This document shows, piece after piece, positions 41,168-50,358 of a stretch of 64,000 nt of DNA. Below the pieces are notes generated by a model. The model was not told the DNA's origin. It saw nothing but the letters and a program-made list of their open reading frames with translations, and ran no database searches. The translations under genes and the position numbers were made by a program. Each line of letters opens with the position of its first letter. The stretch's first letter is position 1. Source of the DNA: an uncultured Pelagibacteraceae bacterium. GTDB taxonomy: Bacteria; Pseudomonadota; Alphaproteobacteria; Pelagibacterales; Pelagibacteraceae. The DNA lies in assembly GCA_902598485.1 (NCBI GenBank), contig CACKBU010000006.1, positions 6,975 to 70,974 of the forward strand, in the 5' to 3' direction.

Positions 41168-41859
41168 TAATACCCCCTACTATACTTAACTTCTAATTTG
41201 TTAATTAATTTCATACTCACGTAAGTAAGCAACAAATACAAAACTGCTGCAAAAGAATAAAAGAACAATGGATCCCGTGTTGAGCCAGCTGCAATATAAG
41301 ATTGTCTCATAATTTCTACTAATCCTGTTACTGAAATAAGAGATGTGTCTTTTAATGTTATTTGCCAAACATTACTTAAATTTGGAATAGCTAATCTTAA
41401 CATCTGGGGTAGTATTATTTTATAAAATTGCCCAAACTTATTTATGCCAAGCACCTTTGCAGCTTCAAATTGACCTTTATCTATTGATTGAATTGCGCCT
41501 CGAAATACTTCTGTTGAATATGCTCCAGAAATAATACCTATAGCCATTGAACCTGTAACAAAAGCATTAATTTCTATATATTCGTAATAACCAAAAATAG
41601 AAGCTACATACATAATTGCACCGCTTCCCCCAAAGAAGAAAAGATAAATAACTAATAGTTCAGGTACTCCACGAATAACTGTTGTGTAAAAATTACCTAC
41701 TAAATTTAAAGTTTTATATTTTGAAAGTTTTAAAGGCGTAAAGATTAATGCAAAAAAGAAACCAACCAACATTGCTGTAATCGATACAGCAATTGTCATC
41801 AGGGTTGCATAAAATAATTCATCACCCCAACCTGTTTTACCAAATGCGAGAAGTTCCAT
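41167..41859 (-). CDS. Polar amino-acid ABC permease (HisQ/OccQ type)
   Basis: YTT.IRGVPEL, GAYSTEVFRG, GQ.EAA, N.WQ..LKDTSL. Confidence 0.9.
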   Translation of the reverse strand: MELLAFGKTGWGDELFYATLMTIAVSITAMLVGFFFALIFTPLKLSKYKTLNLVGNFYTTVIRGVPELLVIYLFFFGGSGAIMYVASIFGYYEYIEINAFVTGSMAIGIISGAYSTEVFRGAIQSIDKGQFEAAKVLGINKFGQFYKIILPQMLRLAIPNLSNVWQITLKDTSLISVTGLVEIMRQSYIAAGSTRDPLFFYSFAAVLYLLLTYVSMKLINKLEVKYSRGY

Positions 41860-41865
41860 ATAGAT

Positions 41866-41890
41866 TGGCGACTATATATTATAGTCGCCA
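41866..41890 (-). terminator. Intercistronic stem-loop between binding-protein and permease genes
   Basis: Perfect 11-bp inverted repeat TGGCGACTATA-tat-TATAGTCGCCA; no long U tract. Confidence 0.65.
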
Positions 41891-41903
41891 GATCTGAAAT
41901 GAA

Positions 41904-42755
41904 TTACATAGAAGCGTCGAAACCAAAGTGCTTAATAGCAAGTTTGCTAATAATTCCTTGTTTTCTAGCTTTGTTAATTGCTTTATTGAAGTCTTTTAAG
42001 ATTTTGGCATCTCTTTTTCCAATAGCGCTATCGCTAGCTTGTCTAATACCAACACCTACACCATTACCAAATGCACCACCTGAAAAAGTTGGTCCAACTA
42101 ATACAACTGGCTTACCTGATTTATCTGCATAATCTGTAAATGCTACTGCTGCAGCTAAAGCAACATCACATCTTCCAGAAGTTAGATCAAGGTTAACTTC
42201 ATCTTGAGTTTTATAAGTTCTAACATTTACACTTCCTACGTCACCTGACTCTAAAAAGTTTTGATGAATTGTTCCTGTTTGTGTACAGACAGTTTTGCCA
42301 GCAAGTGCGCTTGTTAAAGTTTTAAGAGCTTTCTTAACATCAGATCCACCCAAAGATAAATTAATACCTTCTGGTGTATCCATCCCCTCTAAGCTTGAAC
42401 CTTTCATTACTGCAAGAGAAGCTACTTCATCAGCATAACCTTGTGAAAAAGTAATTGTTTTTTGTCTTTCAGCAGTAATAGACATTCCAGCCATAATCGC
42501 ATCAAATTTTCTCATTACTAAAGCCGGAATCATTCCATCCCAATCTTGTTCAACAATCGTACACTCATATTTCATGATCGCACAAAGTTCTTGAGCAAGC
42601 TCGACCTCAAAACCAATAAGATTACCTGATGCATCTTTTGAATTCCATGGAGGGTAAGCGCCTTCAGTTCCAATTTTTATTTTTTCAGCAGAAACATTTC
42701 CGATGATAAAAAAAGAAGCAAGAACTGTTAAAATAGTTTTTTTGAATATATTCAT
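41904..42755 (-). CDS. Basic amino-acid (Arg/Lys/Orn/opine-type) ABC substrate-binding protein
   Basis: Signal peptide, GTEGAYPPW, GF.V.L, QDWDGMIPAL...KFDAIMAGMSIT.ER. Confidence 0.9.
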   Translation of the reverse strand: MNIFKKTILTVLASFFIIGNVSAEKIKIGTEGAYPPWNSKDASGNLIGFEVELAQELCAIMKYECTIVEQDWDGMIPALVMRKFDAIMAGMSITAERQKTITFSQGYADEVASLAVMKGSSLEGMDTPEGINLSLGGSDVKKALKTLTSALAGKTVCTQTGTIHQNFLESGDVGSVNVRTYKTQDEVNLDLTSGRCDVALAAAVAFTDYADKSGKPVVLVGPTFSGGAFGNGVGVGIRQASDSAIGKRDAKILKDFNKAINKARKQGIISKLAIKHFGFDASM

Positions 42756-42814
42756 TATTTTCTCCTTTAATTAGGAATAATTATTTCACAGTTTTAAAAA
42801 AGAAAAAAGAAAAA

Positions 42815-43855
42815 TTAATGATTTATTGAAGAAGAAAAATTCCAAGAACAATCAAAACTAGGTATATAAACTCTTGATAATTTTGCATTTCCAAAATTTT
42901 GATTGAAAACATTTAACCAATTTTCAACCTGCTGTGGTTTTTTATCCTGACTTCCTACTTGAGCAGTAATAACTCCTTTTGGCTTTAAAATTCTTACTAA
43001 TGAATCCATATTTTTAGCAGCTAAATCTATGCAGAATTGATCATCATTAAGATCAACAAAAATATGATCATAAGTATCATCACCTACTGATTTAATACTT
43101 TCAAATGCGTCGCCCCATACACACTTGACAGAATTTTTTTCTGTTGCTTTTTTTCCAATATCTCCAAGATGTTTATTACAAACATCTACTACTTCAGGGT
43201 CTAGTTCGTACCAATCGATAAAGTTAAAATTTTTTGAAATACATTCTCTAGCAACTCCTCCATCTCCTCCACCAATAATTGCCGCTCTTTCATTGTCTTT
43301 ATTTAAATCTAAACCAGAACCTACAAAGGTTGAGCTATATAAATGCTCATCAGTTGAAGCGACTTGTATTTCACCGTCAATAAATAAAGATTTACCAAAT
43401 TGTTCTAAGTCTAAAATTTCTATATGTTGACCAACTTTAGATTTAAAATCTTCTAAAACATCATTCACTACATATGATTTTTGTAAACCTGGTGAACTAT
43501 AGATGTCATGATAAAGAGATTTTGTATCTCTATTAAATTCTTTTTTAACTATTCTTTTATGTTCAAATTCTTTCTTTACAATATCTATAGCCACTGAGGG
43601 GTTTACTTTTCCACATGTAAAGAAATCAAAACTTATAATTCCTTTTTCTGGAAATGTATGAAAACTAATGTGACTTTCAGCTAATAAAGCAAGAATTGTA
43701 AAACCCTGAGGTTCAAATTTATATTTAGATATATTGAGAATTGTTACTTTTGCAGCTTTTGCAATATCATTAATTACTTTTTCAAATACTGTAGGATCGT
43801 ATTCTTTTGTTGTACCAATAATGTCTAGAGTTATGTGTTCACCAACTTTAGTCAT
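42815..43855 (-). CDS. speDE: Fused S-adenosylmethionine decarboxylase / aminopropyltransferase (SpeD-SpeE)
   Basis: N-terminal FEPQG, LAESHISFHT.PE (ES cleavage site), DFFTCG; C-terminal IGGGDGG, ELDPEVV, GDA. Confidence 0.9.
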   Translation of the reverse strand: MTKVGEHITLDIIGTTKEYDPTVFEKVINDIAKAAKVTILNISKYKFEPQGFTILALLAESHISFHTFPEKGIISFDFFTCGKVNPSVAIDIVKKEFEHKRIVKKEFNRDTKSLYHDIYSSPGLQKSYVVNDVLEDFKSKVGQHIEILDLEQFGKSLFIDGEIQVASTDEHLYSSTFVGSGLDLNKDNERAAIIGGGDGGVARECISKNFNFIDWYELDPEVVDVCNKHLGDIGKKATEKNSVKCVWGDAFESIKSVGDDTYDHIFVDLNDDQFCIDLAAKNMDSLVRILKPKGVITAQVGSQDKKPQQVENWLNVFNQNFGNAKLSRVYIPSFDCSWNFSSSINH

Positions 43856-43858
43856 TAG

Positions 43859-44491
43859 CTATCCTCTTTTATAATTCTTTGCTTTGGATAAAACTTTTTT
43901 CATTTCATTAATTGTAAGAATCTTAGGCTTACCCAATTTAAGGCTCGTTATATACTGAAGCGATATATTTTCAACCTCTTCAGCAAGTTCAAATGCTTTT
44001 GATAAACTTTCTTCAAATGCAATCTGTCCGTGATTTGAAATTAAACAAGCTTTTCGACCCTTTAAAGCTTTCAAAATATTTTTTGACAATTCTCTTGTTC
44101 CAAATGTTGCGTATTTTGCACATTTGATATCATGACCTCCAGCCATTGCTACCATATAATGAAAAGAAGGTATTCCTCTCTTGTGAGTAGAAACTGCTGT
44201 AGCACATGTTGAATGTGCATGAACAATTGCTTTTGCTTCTTTTTTGTTTTTGTAGATATCTTGATGAAACTTCCACTCAGATGAAGGTATTCCTTTTTTT
44301 TTATCAAAGTATCCATTTAGGGAAACAAAAACTATATCATTGTTCTTTAATGCTGAGTATTTTTTTCCTGAAGGAGTAATTAAAAAACCATCTTTATACC
44401 TTGATGAAATATTGCCAGATCTTAATGCTGATAACTTTTTTGAATTCAGCATTTTTGAATATTTTATTATTTCAGATCTTAAATTTTTCAT
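43859..44491 (-). CDS. Class II aldolase (FucA-like; Ald2/DrdA type)
   Basis: SGNIS, ITPSG, PSSEW.FH, HAHS, FHYM.A.AGG, YATFGT.EL, NHG. Confidence 0.85.
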   Translation of the reverse strand: MKNLRSEIIKYSKMLNSKKLSALRSGNISSRYKDGFLITPSGKKYSALKNNDIVFVSLNGYFDKKKGIPSSEWKFHQDIYKNKKEAKAIVHAHSTCATAVSTHKRGIPSFHYMVAMAGGHDIKCAKYATFGTRELSKNILKALKGRKACLISNHGQIAFEESLSKAFELAEEVENISLQYITSLKLGKPKILTINEMKKVLSKAKNYKRG

Positions 44492-45558
44492 TTAAATAAT
44501 TTTTTTAAGCCATCAAAAGAAGCTTTTGAAATCCCTCTTTCAGTTATTAATCCAGTTACATATTTTGCAGGTGTAACATCAAATGCTAAATTCATAGCTT
44601 TACTTTTTTGTGGGTATATCAAAACTTTCTTAATTTCGTTATTTTCGTCTATACCTTCAACATGAGATAATTCCTCTGAATTTCTTTCTTCAATAGGAAT
44701 ATTTTTTGCATCTTTGATGTCCCAATCAATTGTTGAGCTTGGAAGAGCCACATAAAAAGGAACGTTATTATCATGAGCAGCTAATGCTTTAAGATAAGTT
44801 CCAATTTTATTACAAACATCTCCATTAGATAAAGTTCTATCAGTACCTACAATACACATGTCAACTTCACCCCTCTGCATTAAAATACCCCCTGTATTAT
44901 CAGCAATAATTGTGTTTGGAATTTCCTCTTCGTTTAATTCATATGATGTTAAGTTTGCACCTTGATTTCTTGGTCTTGTTTCATCTACCCATACATGAAC
45001 TGGTATTCCTTTTTTATGAGCATGGTAAATTGGTGATGTGGCTGTACCCCAATTAATAGTTGCTAACCAACCTGCATTACAATGAGTTAATATGTTTACT
45101 GTATCTTTCTTATTATTATAAATTTCTTCAATTATTTTTAATCCATTAATACCAATATTTTCACAGAATTTTTCATCTTCATCACATATTTCTTTTGCTT
45201 CATTTAAAGCAATATTTAATAGTTGATCACTATCAATTCCTGTTAATTTTTTTATCATTCGGTCTACAGCCCACTTTAAATTTATAGCAGTAGGTCTTGA
45301 TTGAATTAATTCTTTTGCACTTTTTTTTATAAATTCTGGATCATTATTTTCTTGAATTGCCAAAGCTAGACCATAAGCAGCTGTTCCACCAATTAGAGGT
45401 GCACCTCTTACCTCCATTGTTTTAATTGCATTAATTGCATCTTTTACTGTCTTTAGTTCTTTGATTTTAAATTGGTGAGGAAGTTTTGTTTGATCAATAA
45501 TCTTAACAACATTATTTTCAAACCAAATAGTTCGGTACTCTTTTCCCTCTATTCTCAT
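44488..45558 (-). CDS. mtnA: Methylthioribose-1-phosphate isomerase
   Basis: DQTKLP, VRGAP.IG, RPTA.NL, LTHCNAG.LAT, ETRP, NKIGT, FDVTP. Confidence 0.95.
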   Translation of the reverse strand: MRIEGKEYRTIWFENNVVKIIDQTKLPHQFKIKELKTVKDAINAIKTMEVRGAPLIGGTAAYGLALAIQENNDPEFIKKSAKELIQSRPTAINLKWAVDRMIKKLTGIDSDQLLNIALNEAKEICDEDEKFCENIGINGLKIIEEIYNNKKDTVNILTHCNAGWLATINWGTATSPIYHAHKKGIPVHVWVDETRPRNQGANLTSYELNEEEIPNTIIADNTGGILMQRGEVDMCIVGTDRTLSNGDVCNKIGTYLKALAAHDNNVPFYVALPSSTIDWDIKDAKNIPIEERNSEELSHVEGIDENNEIKKVLIYPQKSKAMNLAFDVTPAKYVTGLITERGISKASFDGLKKLFK

Positions 45559-46427
45559 TTATTTAAAACTCTACCAGCTACAGTTTTTAATTTCTCTATA
45601 GTCTTTTTTGTTCTTTTTTCTGGAGCAGTAATAATTGATACATCTAAACAATTATTTGTGGGATCATTTGGATCAATATGACTTTCAAAATTATCAATCA
45701 AATTTTTAATCATGATTTTTGCTTTTTCAGCGTTTCCTAATAAAACTTTAATTACTTGTTGCACATCAACATTTTCATGATCTGGATGCCAACAATCGTA
45801 ATCAGTAACCATAGAAATAGATGCATATCTAATTTCAGCCTCTCTTGCTAATTTTGCCTCAGGCATGTTAGTCATGCCAATAACATCAGCTTTCCATGAT
45901 CTATATAAATTTGATTCAGCTAATGTAGAGAATTGTGGTCCCTCCATAACAACATAGGTTCCATTTCTTTGATAATCTATATTGGATTTTTTAATTGCCT
46001 CTTCGCATGCATTCATTAAACCATTAGAGGTTGGGTAAGCCATTGATACATGGGCAACAATCTCATCATCAAAGAAAGTTTTAGTTCTTGAAAAAGTCCT
46101 ATCAATAAATTGATCAATAATAACAAATTTTCCAGGAGGTAAATTTTCTTTAAGAGAACCAACAGCTGATACAGAAACAATATCTGTTACACCTAATTGC
46201 TTAAGTGCATCTATGTTGGCTCTGAAGTTAATATTAGATGGAGAAACAAAATGCCCTCTTCCATGTCTCGGTAAAAAAAAAACCTCTTTATTATTATAGT
46301 TTGTTTTTAATATTTGATCTGAGGGTTTTCCCCATGGGGTATTTAAATCAATTAATTCTCTATCTTTAAACTCCTCTACATCATAAAGGCCACTTCCACC
46401 AATTATTGCTAATTTATTTGTTGTCAT
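45555..46427 (-). CDS. mtnP: S-methyl-5'-thioadenosine phosphorylase
   Basis: IIGGSGLY, RHG, RANI.AL, EGPQFST.AES, GMT..PEA.LAREA, VTDYDCW. Confidence 0.95.
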   Translation of the reverse strand: MTTNKLAIIGGSGLYDVEEFKDRELIDLNTPWGKPSDQILKTNYNNKEVFFLPRHGRGHFVSPSNINFRANIDALKQLGVTDIVSVSAVGSLKENLPPGKFVIIDQFIDRTFSRTKTFFDDEIVAHVSMAYPTSNGLMNACEEAIKKSNIDYQRNGTYVVMEGPQFSTLAESNLYRSWKADVIGMTNMPEAKLAREAEIRYASISMVTDYDCWHPDHENVDVQQVIKVLLGNAEKAKIMIKNLIDNFESHIDPNDPTNNCLDVSIITAPEKRTKKTIEKLKTVAGRVLNK

Positions 46428-46468
46428 AGTTAGAAATTTAATTATTTATACTTTTATATTTAACTATT

Positions 46469-46996
46469 ATGAATTTAAAAGATTATATTAGGTCAATACC
46501 TGATTATCCAAAAAAAGGCATTTTATTTAGGGATATTACAACCTTAATCAAGGATGAAAACGCATTTGCTGAAACTATCAATCAAATCGTAGAGAGATCT
46601 AAAAAATTTAATTTTACTAAAATTGCAGCTATTGAGTCTAGAGGTTTTGTTTTTGCGTCTGCGGTTTCATATATATTAAAAAAACCATTTATAATGCTTA
46701 GAAAAAAAAATAAACTACCTGCAGAAGTTCATTCAGTGGATTTTGAACTTGAGTACGGCACAGCAACAATAGAAGTTCATAAAGATTCTATAAACGAAAA
46801 AGATTCTGTTTTAATTATCGATGACCTCATTGCAACAGGTGGAACTGCTGAAGCTGCTGCAAAATTAGTAGAAATTTCAAAAGGTAAAATCTCGGCTTTT
46901 ATTTTTGTCATAAATCTTTTTGATTTGGGTGGATCTGATAAACTAATTGAAAATAATTATAGTGTTGAAAATTTAATTAATTTTCCAGGTCACTAG
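46469..46996 (+). CDS. apt: Adenine phosphoribosyltransferase
   Basis: IPDYPK.GI.F.DIT, ESRGF, LEYG, IDDLIATGGT. Confidence 0.97.
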   Translation: MNLKDYIRSIPDYPKKGILFRDITTLIKDENAFAETINQIVERSKKFNFTKIAAIESRGFVFASAVSYILKKPFIMLRKKNKLPAEVHSVDFELEYGTATIEVHKDSINEKDSVLIIDDLIATGGTAEAAAKLVEISKGKISAFIFVINLFDLGGSDKLIENNYSVENLINFPGH

Positions 46997-47883
46997 TCTA
47001 CTTTTGGTCTATAAGAGGATTTTTTACCCAATAAAGCATTTAAATATCCTGAGGCTCTATTAAAATAAATTTCTCTTTTATTTTGTATTCTAAAAATTGT
47101 GTAAAATAAAAATTTTAATATTGCTGATAAAAATTTTGGAAAACCACTGATTAAAGCATTTAAATAACCATAGTGTTTTCTTTTAAAATAAAATTTAGAC
47201 CACATCCAATGCCAATTTCTGGAGATCTCAACTTGATTTGAATATTTTTTGGATGTCCCACTTGCACCTAGATGATTTATTTTTGATTTCGGCACTATAT
47301 AAATATTTTCATTTAAATCTATTAATCTCTTGCATAAATCATCATTTTCTAAATATAAAAAAATGTTTTCATCAAAATAATTATAATTTTCAAAACCTTT
47401 AAGTTTATTTATTTTGTTTAAATTAAACAACATAGCATAACCATCAATAGAATTAACTTTAAATGGTTTTTCATCATCGCTCTTATCTGATAAGTACTTT
47501 GAGGACTTATAATTAGGATAGTTTTTATCTTTAGAAATTGGTGCCATAACCGAATATTCTTTAATTTGGGTACTTGCAAATATTAACTCATCTATAGTTT
47601 TTTCTTCTAAGATCACATCAGGATTCAATATTAAAGCATAATCTGATTTAATATTCCTCAAACCCAAATTATTACCAGAGCCCATTCCAAGATTTTTAGT
47701 TGATAAAATACACGAAACATTATTATATTTGCTTTCAATTTTCTGCTTAAATTCTTGCTCACCTGAGTTATCAACAATTAAAATATTAATATCCGAAGGG
47801 ATAGATTTTATACAATCATAAATAACATCCTCACTTTTATATGTAACAATTATTATAGATAAATTTTGCCTAGATATTGTCAT
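46993..47883 (-). CDS. Glycosyltransferase family 2 (WbbL/rhamnosyltransferase-like)
   Basis: IIIVTY.S, VDN, N.G.G.GNN.G, LNPD, FDENIFLY.E..DLC.R; ATG 47883 chosen to avoid overlap with rfbB. Confidence 0.85.
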   Translation of the reverse strand: MTISRQNLSIIIVTYKSEDVIYDCIKSIPSDINILIVDNSGEQEFKQKIESKYNNVSCILSTKNLGMGSGNNLGLRNIKSDYALILNPDVILEEKTIDELIFASTQIKEYSVMAPISKDKNYPNYKSSKYLSDKSDDEKPFKVNSIDGYAMLFNLNKINKLKGFENYNYFDENIFLYLENDDLCKRLIDLNENIYIVPKSKINHLGASGTSKKYSNQVEISRNWHWMWSKFYFKRKHYGYLNALISGFPKFLSAILKFLFYTIFRIQNKREIYFNRASGYLNALLGKKSSYRPKVD

Positions 47884-47941
47884 ACAGAATGTGTAATCAA
47901 GTATACTAATACTTTTTGGTAATGTAAAAATATTTAAATTT

Positions 47942-48955
47942 ATGAAAAAAATTTTAGTAACAGGTGGATTGGGATTTATTGGAAGCAATCTTGTCGATTT
48001 GCTTTTAGAGAAAAATTATTTTGTGATAAATATTGACAAAATTTCTTATTCATCGAATTTTTATAATACAAAAGATTTTATTAAATCAAAAAATTATAAA
48101 TTTATAAAATGTAGTATAGGAGAAAAAAAAATTAAAAATATACTTTATAAATTTAAACCTGTTTGTGTTTTTAATCTAGCTGCAGAAACTCATGTTGATA
48201 GGTCAATCGATAGGCCAACAGATTTTATAAAAAGCAATATAGTGGATGTATATAATTTACTTGAAAATTTTAAAAATTTTTCGAAAAGATTTAGTTCTAA
48301 ACTTATTCATATTTCCACAGATGAAGTTTATGGAGATGTTCTTAAAGGGAGATCATCTGAAACTTATCCATATAAGCCAAGCTCACCTTACGCAGCTAGC
48401 AAAGCTGCTTCTGACCACTTGGTTAATTCATATATAAGAACATATAGAATACCAGCAATTGTAACAAATTGTTCAAATAATTATGGTCCAAAACAGCATC
48501 CTGAAAAACTAATTCCAAAATTAATTTACAATATATTAAATAACAAGCCACTTCCTGTTTATGGAAAAGGAATCAATTCTAGGGAATGGATTTACGTAAA
48601 AGATCATTGTGAAGCATTATTGAAAGTTTTTCAGAAAGGAAAAATAGGCGAATTTTATAACATTGGATCTAACAAAAATTTTAATAATCTTGAAGTATGC
48701 AGGAACTTATTAAATGTTTCAAAAAAAATTACTACGATTGGAAGAAATGTAAAAATAAAATTCGTTAAAGATCGACCTGGGCATGATATTAGATATGCAC
48801 TGAATAGTAATAAAATTAAAAGAGATTTAAAATGGAAACCCAAAATAAGTTTTAATAAAGGAATAAAATTAACTTTTGAATGGTATAAAAATAATAAAAA
48901 ATATTATAAATCTTTAAGAAGAAAAGATATTATAGATAGACTTGGAACGAAATGA
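47942..48955 (+). CDS. rfbB: dTDP-glucose 4,6-dehydratase
   Basis: TGG.GFIGS, AAETHVDRSI, HISTDEVYG, SPYAASKA, NNYGP.Q.PEK, DRPGHD.RY. Confidence 0.96.
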   Translation: MKKILVTGGLGFIGSNLVDLLLEKNYFVINIDKISYSSNFYNTKDFIKSKNYKFIKCSIGEKKIKNILYKFKPVCVFNLAAETHVDRSIDRPTDFIKSNIVDVYNLLENFKNFSKRFSSKLIHISTDEVYGDVLKGRSSETYPYKPSSPYAASKAASDHLVNSYIRTYRIPAIVTNCSNNYGPKQHPEKLIPKLIYNILNNKPLPVYGKGINSREWIYVKDHCEALLKVFQKGKIGEFYNIGSNKNFNNLEVCRNLLNVSKKITTIGRNVKIKFVKDRPGHDIRYALNSNKIKRDLKWKPKISFNKGIKLTFEWYKNNKKYYKSLRRKDIIDRLGTK

Positions 48956-49815
48956 TTAGAAAAGGAATTATTTTAGCTGGTGGAATGGGCACTAGAATGA
49001 GCCCTTTGACAAAAGCAGTAAATAAACAATTATTACCTATCTATGACAAGCCATTAATATTTTATCCACTTTCTATTTTAATGTTATCAAAAATAAAAAA
49101 TATTCTTATTATTGTTAATAAAGGTCAGCTAGAACAATATAAAAAATTACTTAATCATGGAGAAAATTTGGGAATTAAAATAAGCTATTTAGAACAAGAT
49201 AAACCAAGAGGTTTACCAGACGCGTTCATTTTAGGTAGAAAGTTTATAGGTAAAGATAAAGTAGCAATGATTTTGGGTGATAACTTTTTCTACGGTCAAT
49301 CATTAAGTAAAATGTTATACGAATGTGTTCGTATAAAAAATGGTGCAAAAATTATTCTACATAAAGTTATCAATCCTGAAAATTTTGGTGTTGCTAAAAC
49401 AAAAGGTAAAAAAATACTATCAATTAAAGAAAAACCCAAAAAATTCTTTTCAGATTTAGCAATTACGGGTCTATATTTTTTTGACAATAAAGTGGTTGAT
49501 TATGCAAAAAAACTTAAACCATCAAAAAGAAATGAGTTAGAGATTGTTGATTTATTAAATAAATATAGAAAAAAAAATAAATTAACTGCAGAATTTATTG
49601 GTAGAGGTGGGGCATGGCTAGATACCGGATCAATTGAAGACTTTTATAAAACCAGCAATTTTGTATCAGCTATAGAAAATCAACAAGGATTAAAAATTGC
49701 ATGCTTAGAGGAAATTGCTTTGTTAAATAAATGGATTTCCAAAAGAAATATTCATAATTCAATAAAATTCTACGGTAATAGTGAATATTCTAAGTATCTC
49801 AAAAAACTTATCTAA
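48952..49815 (+). CDS. rfbA: Glucose-1-phosphate thymidylyltransferase
   Basis: GIILAGG.GTR, KQLLP.YDKP, LGDN.F.G, EKP, PS.R.ELEI, WLDTG. Confidence 0.96.
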   Translation: MIRKGIILAGGMGTRMSPLTKAVNKQLLPIYDKPLIFYPLSILMLSKIKNILIIVNKGQLEQYKKLLNHGENLGIKISYLEQDKPRGLPDAFILGRKFIGKDKVAMILGDNFFYGQSLSKMLYECVRIKNGAKIILHKVINPENFGVAKTKGKKILSIKEKPKKFFSDLAITGLYFFDNKVVDYAKKLKPSKRNELEIVDLLNKYRKKNKLTAEFIGRGGAWLDTGSIEDFYKTSNFVSAIENQQGLKIACLEEIALLNKWISKRNIHNSIKFYGNSEYSKYLKKLI

Positions 49816-50348
49816 TGGTAAAAAAATTTAAAACCAAATTCAAAGGATTGCTTGTTCTTCAAAGAAAAAAACATAAAGATAAAAGGGGATTTTTGATGGA
49901 GATGCTAAGAGAGGAAACTCTCGGTAAAAAATTCAAATTTCAAATTTTATCTAAATCTAAAAAAAATGTATTAAGAGGTTTGCATTTTCAGTTAAATAAA
50001 CCACAAGCAAAACACATAACAGTTATTAAAGGTAAAATCTTAGATATAGCTGTAGACCTGAGAAAAAACTCATCCACGTTTGGAAAAGTATTTACAGTAG
50101 AACTAACAGATAAAAATTGTAAATCAATTTATATACCTGCTGGATTTGCTCATGGATTTTTAACGCTTGGGAAAGAAAATATTATTCATTATAGTTGTAC
50201 AGAGTATAGATCTATTGGTAATGAGTATAGTCTAAGCTACAAAGATCCTGCGCTAAAAATTAAATTACCTGTAAAAAAATTAGTTGTAGCAAGTAAAGAC
50301 TCTAATGCTGAAAATTTAGATCAACTTATTAAACTTAAGGTAATTTAG
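49815..50348 (+). CDS. rfbC: dTDP-4-keto-sugar (3,)5-epimerase (RmlC/EvaD family)
   Basis: D.RG, VLRGLHFQ, D.AVDLR..S.TFG, IPAGFAHGF. Confidence 0.9.
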   Translation: MVKKFKTKFKGLLVLQRKKHKDKRGFLMEMLREETLGKKFKFQILSKSKKNVLRGLHFQLNKPQAKHITVIKGKILDIAVDLRKNSSTFGKVFTVELTDKNCKSIYIPAGFAHGFLTLGKENIIHYSCTEYRSIGNEYSLSYKDPALKIKLPVKKLVVASKDSNAENLDQLIKLKVI

Positions 50349-50358
50349 ATATTTAATA

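Noticed and set aside
47884-47988. Long N-terminal extension of the GT2 overlapping rfbB
   Set aside because: It overlaps the divergent gene; the GT2 fold starts after ATG 47883
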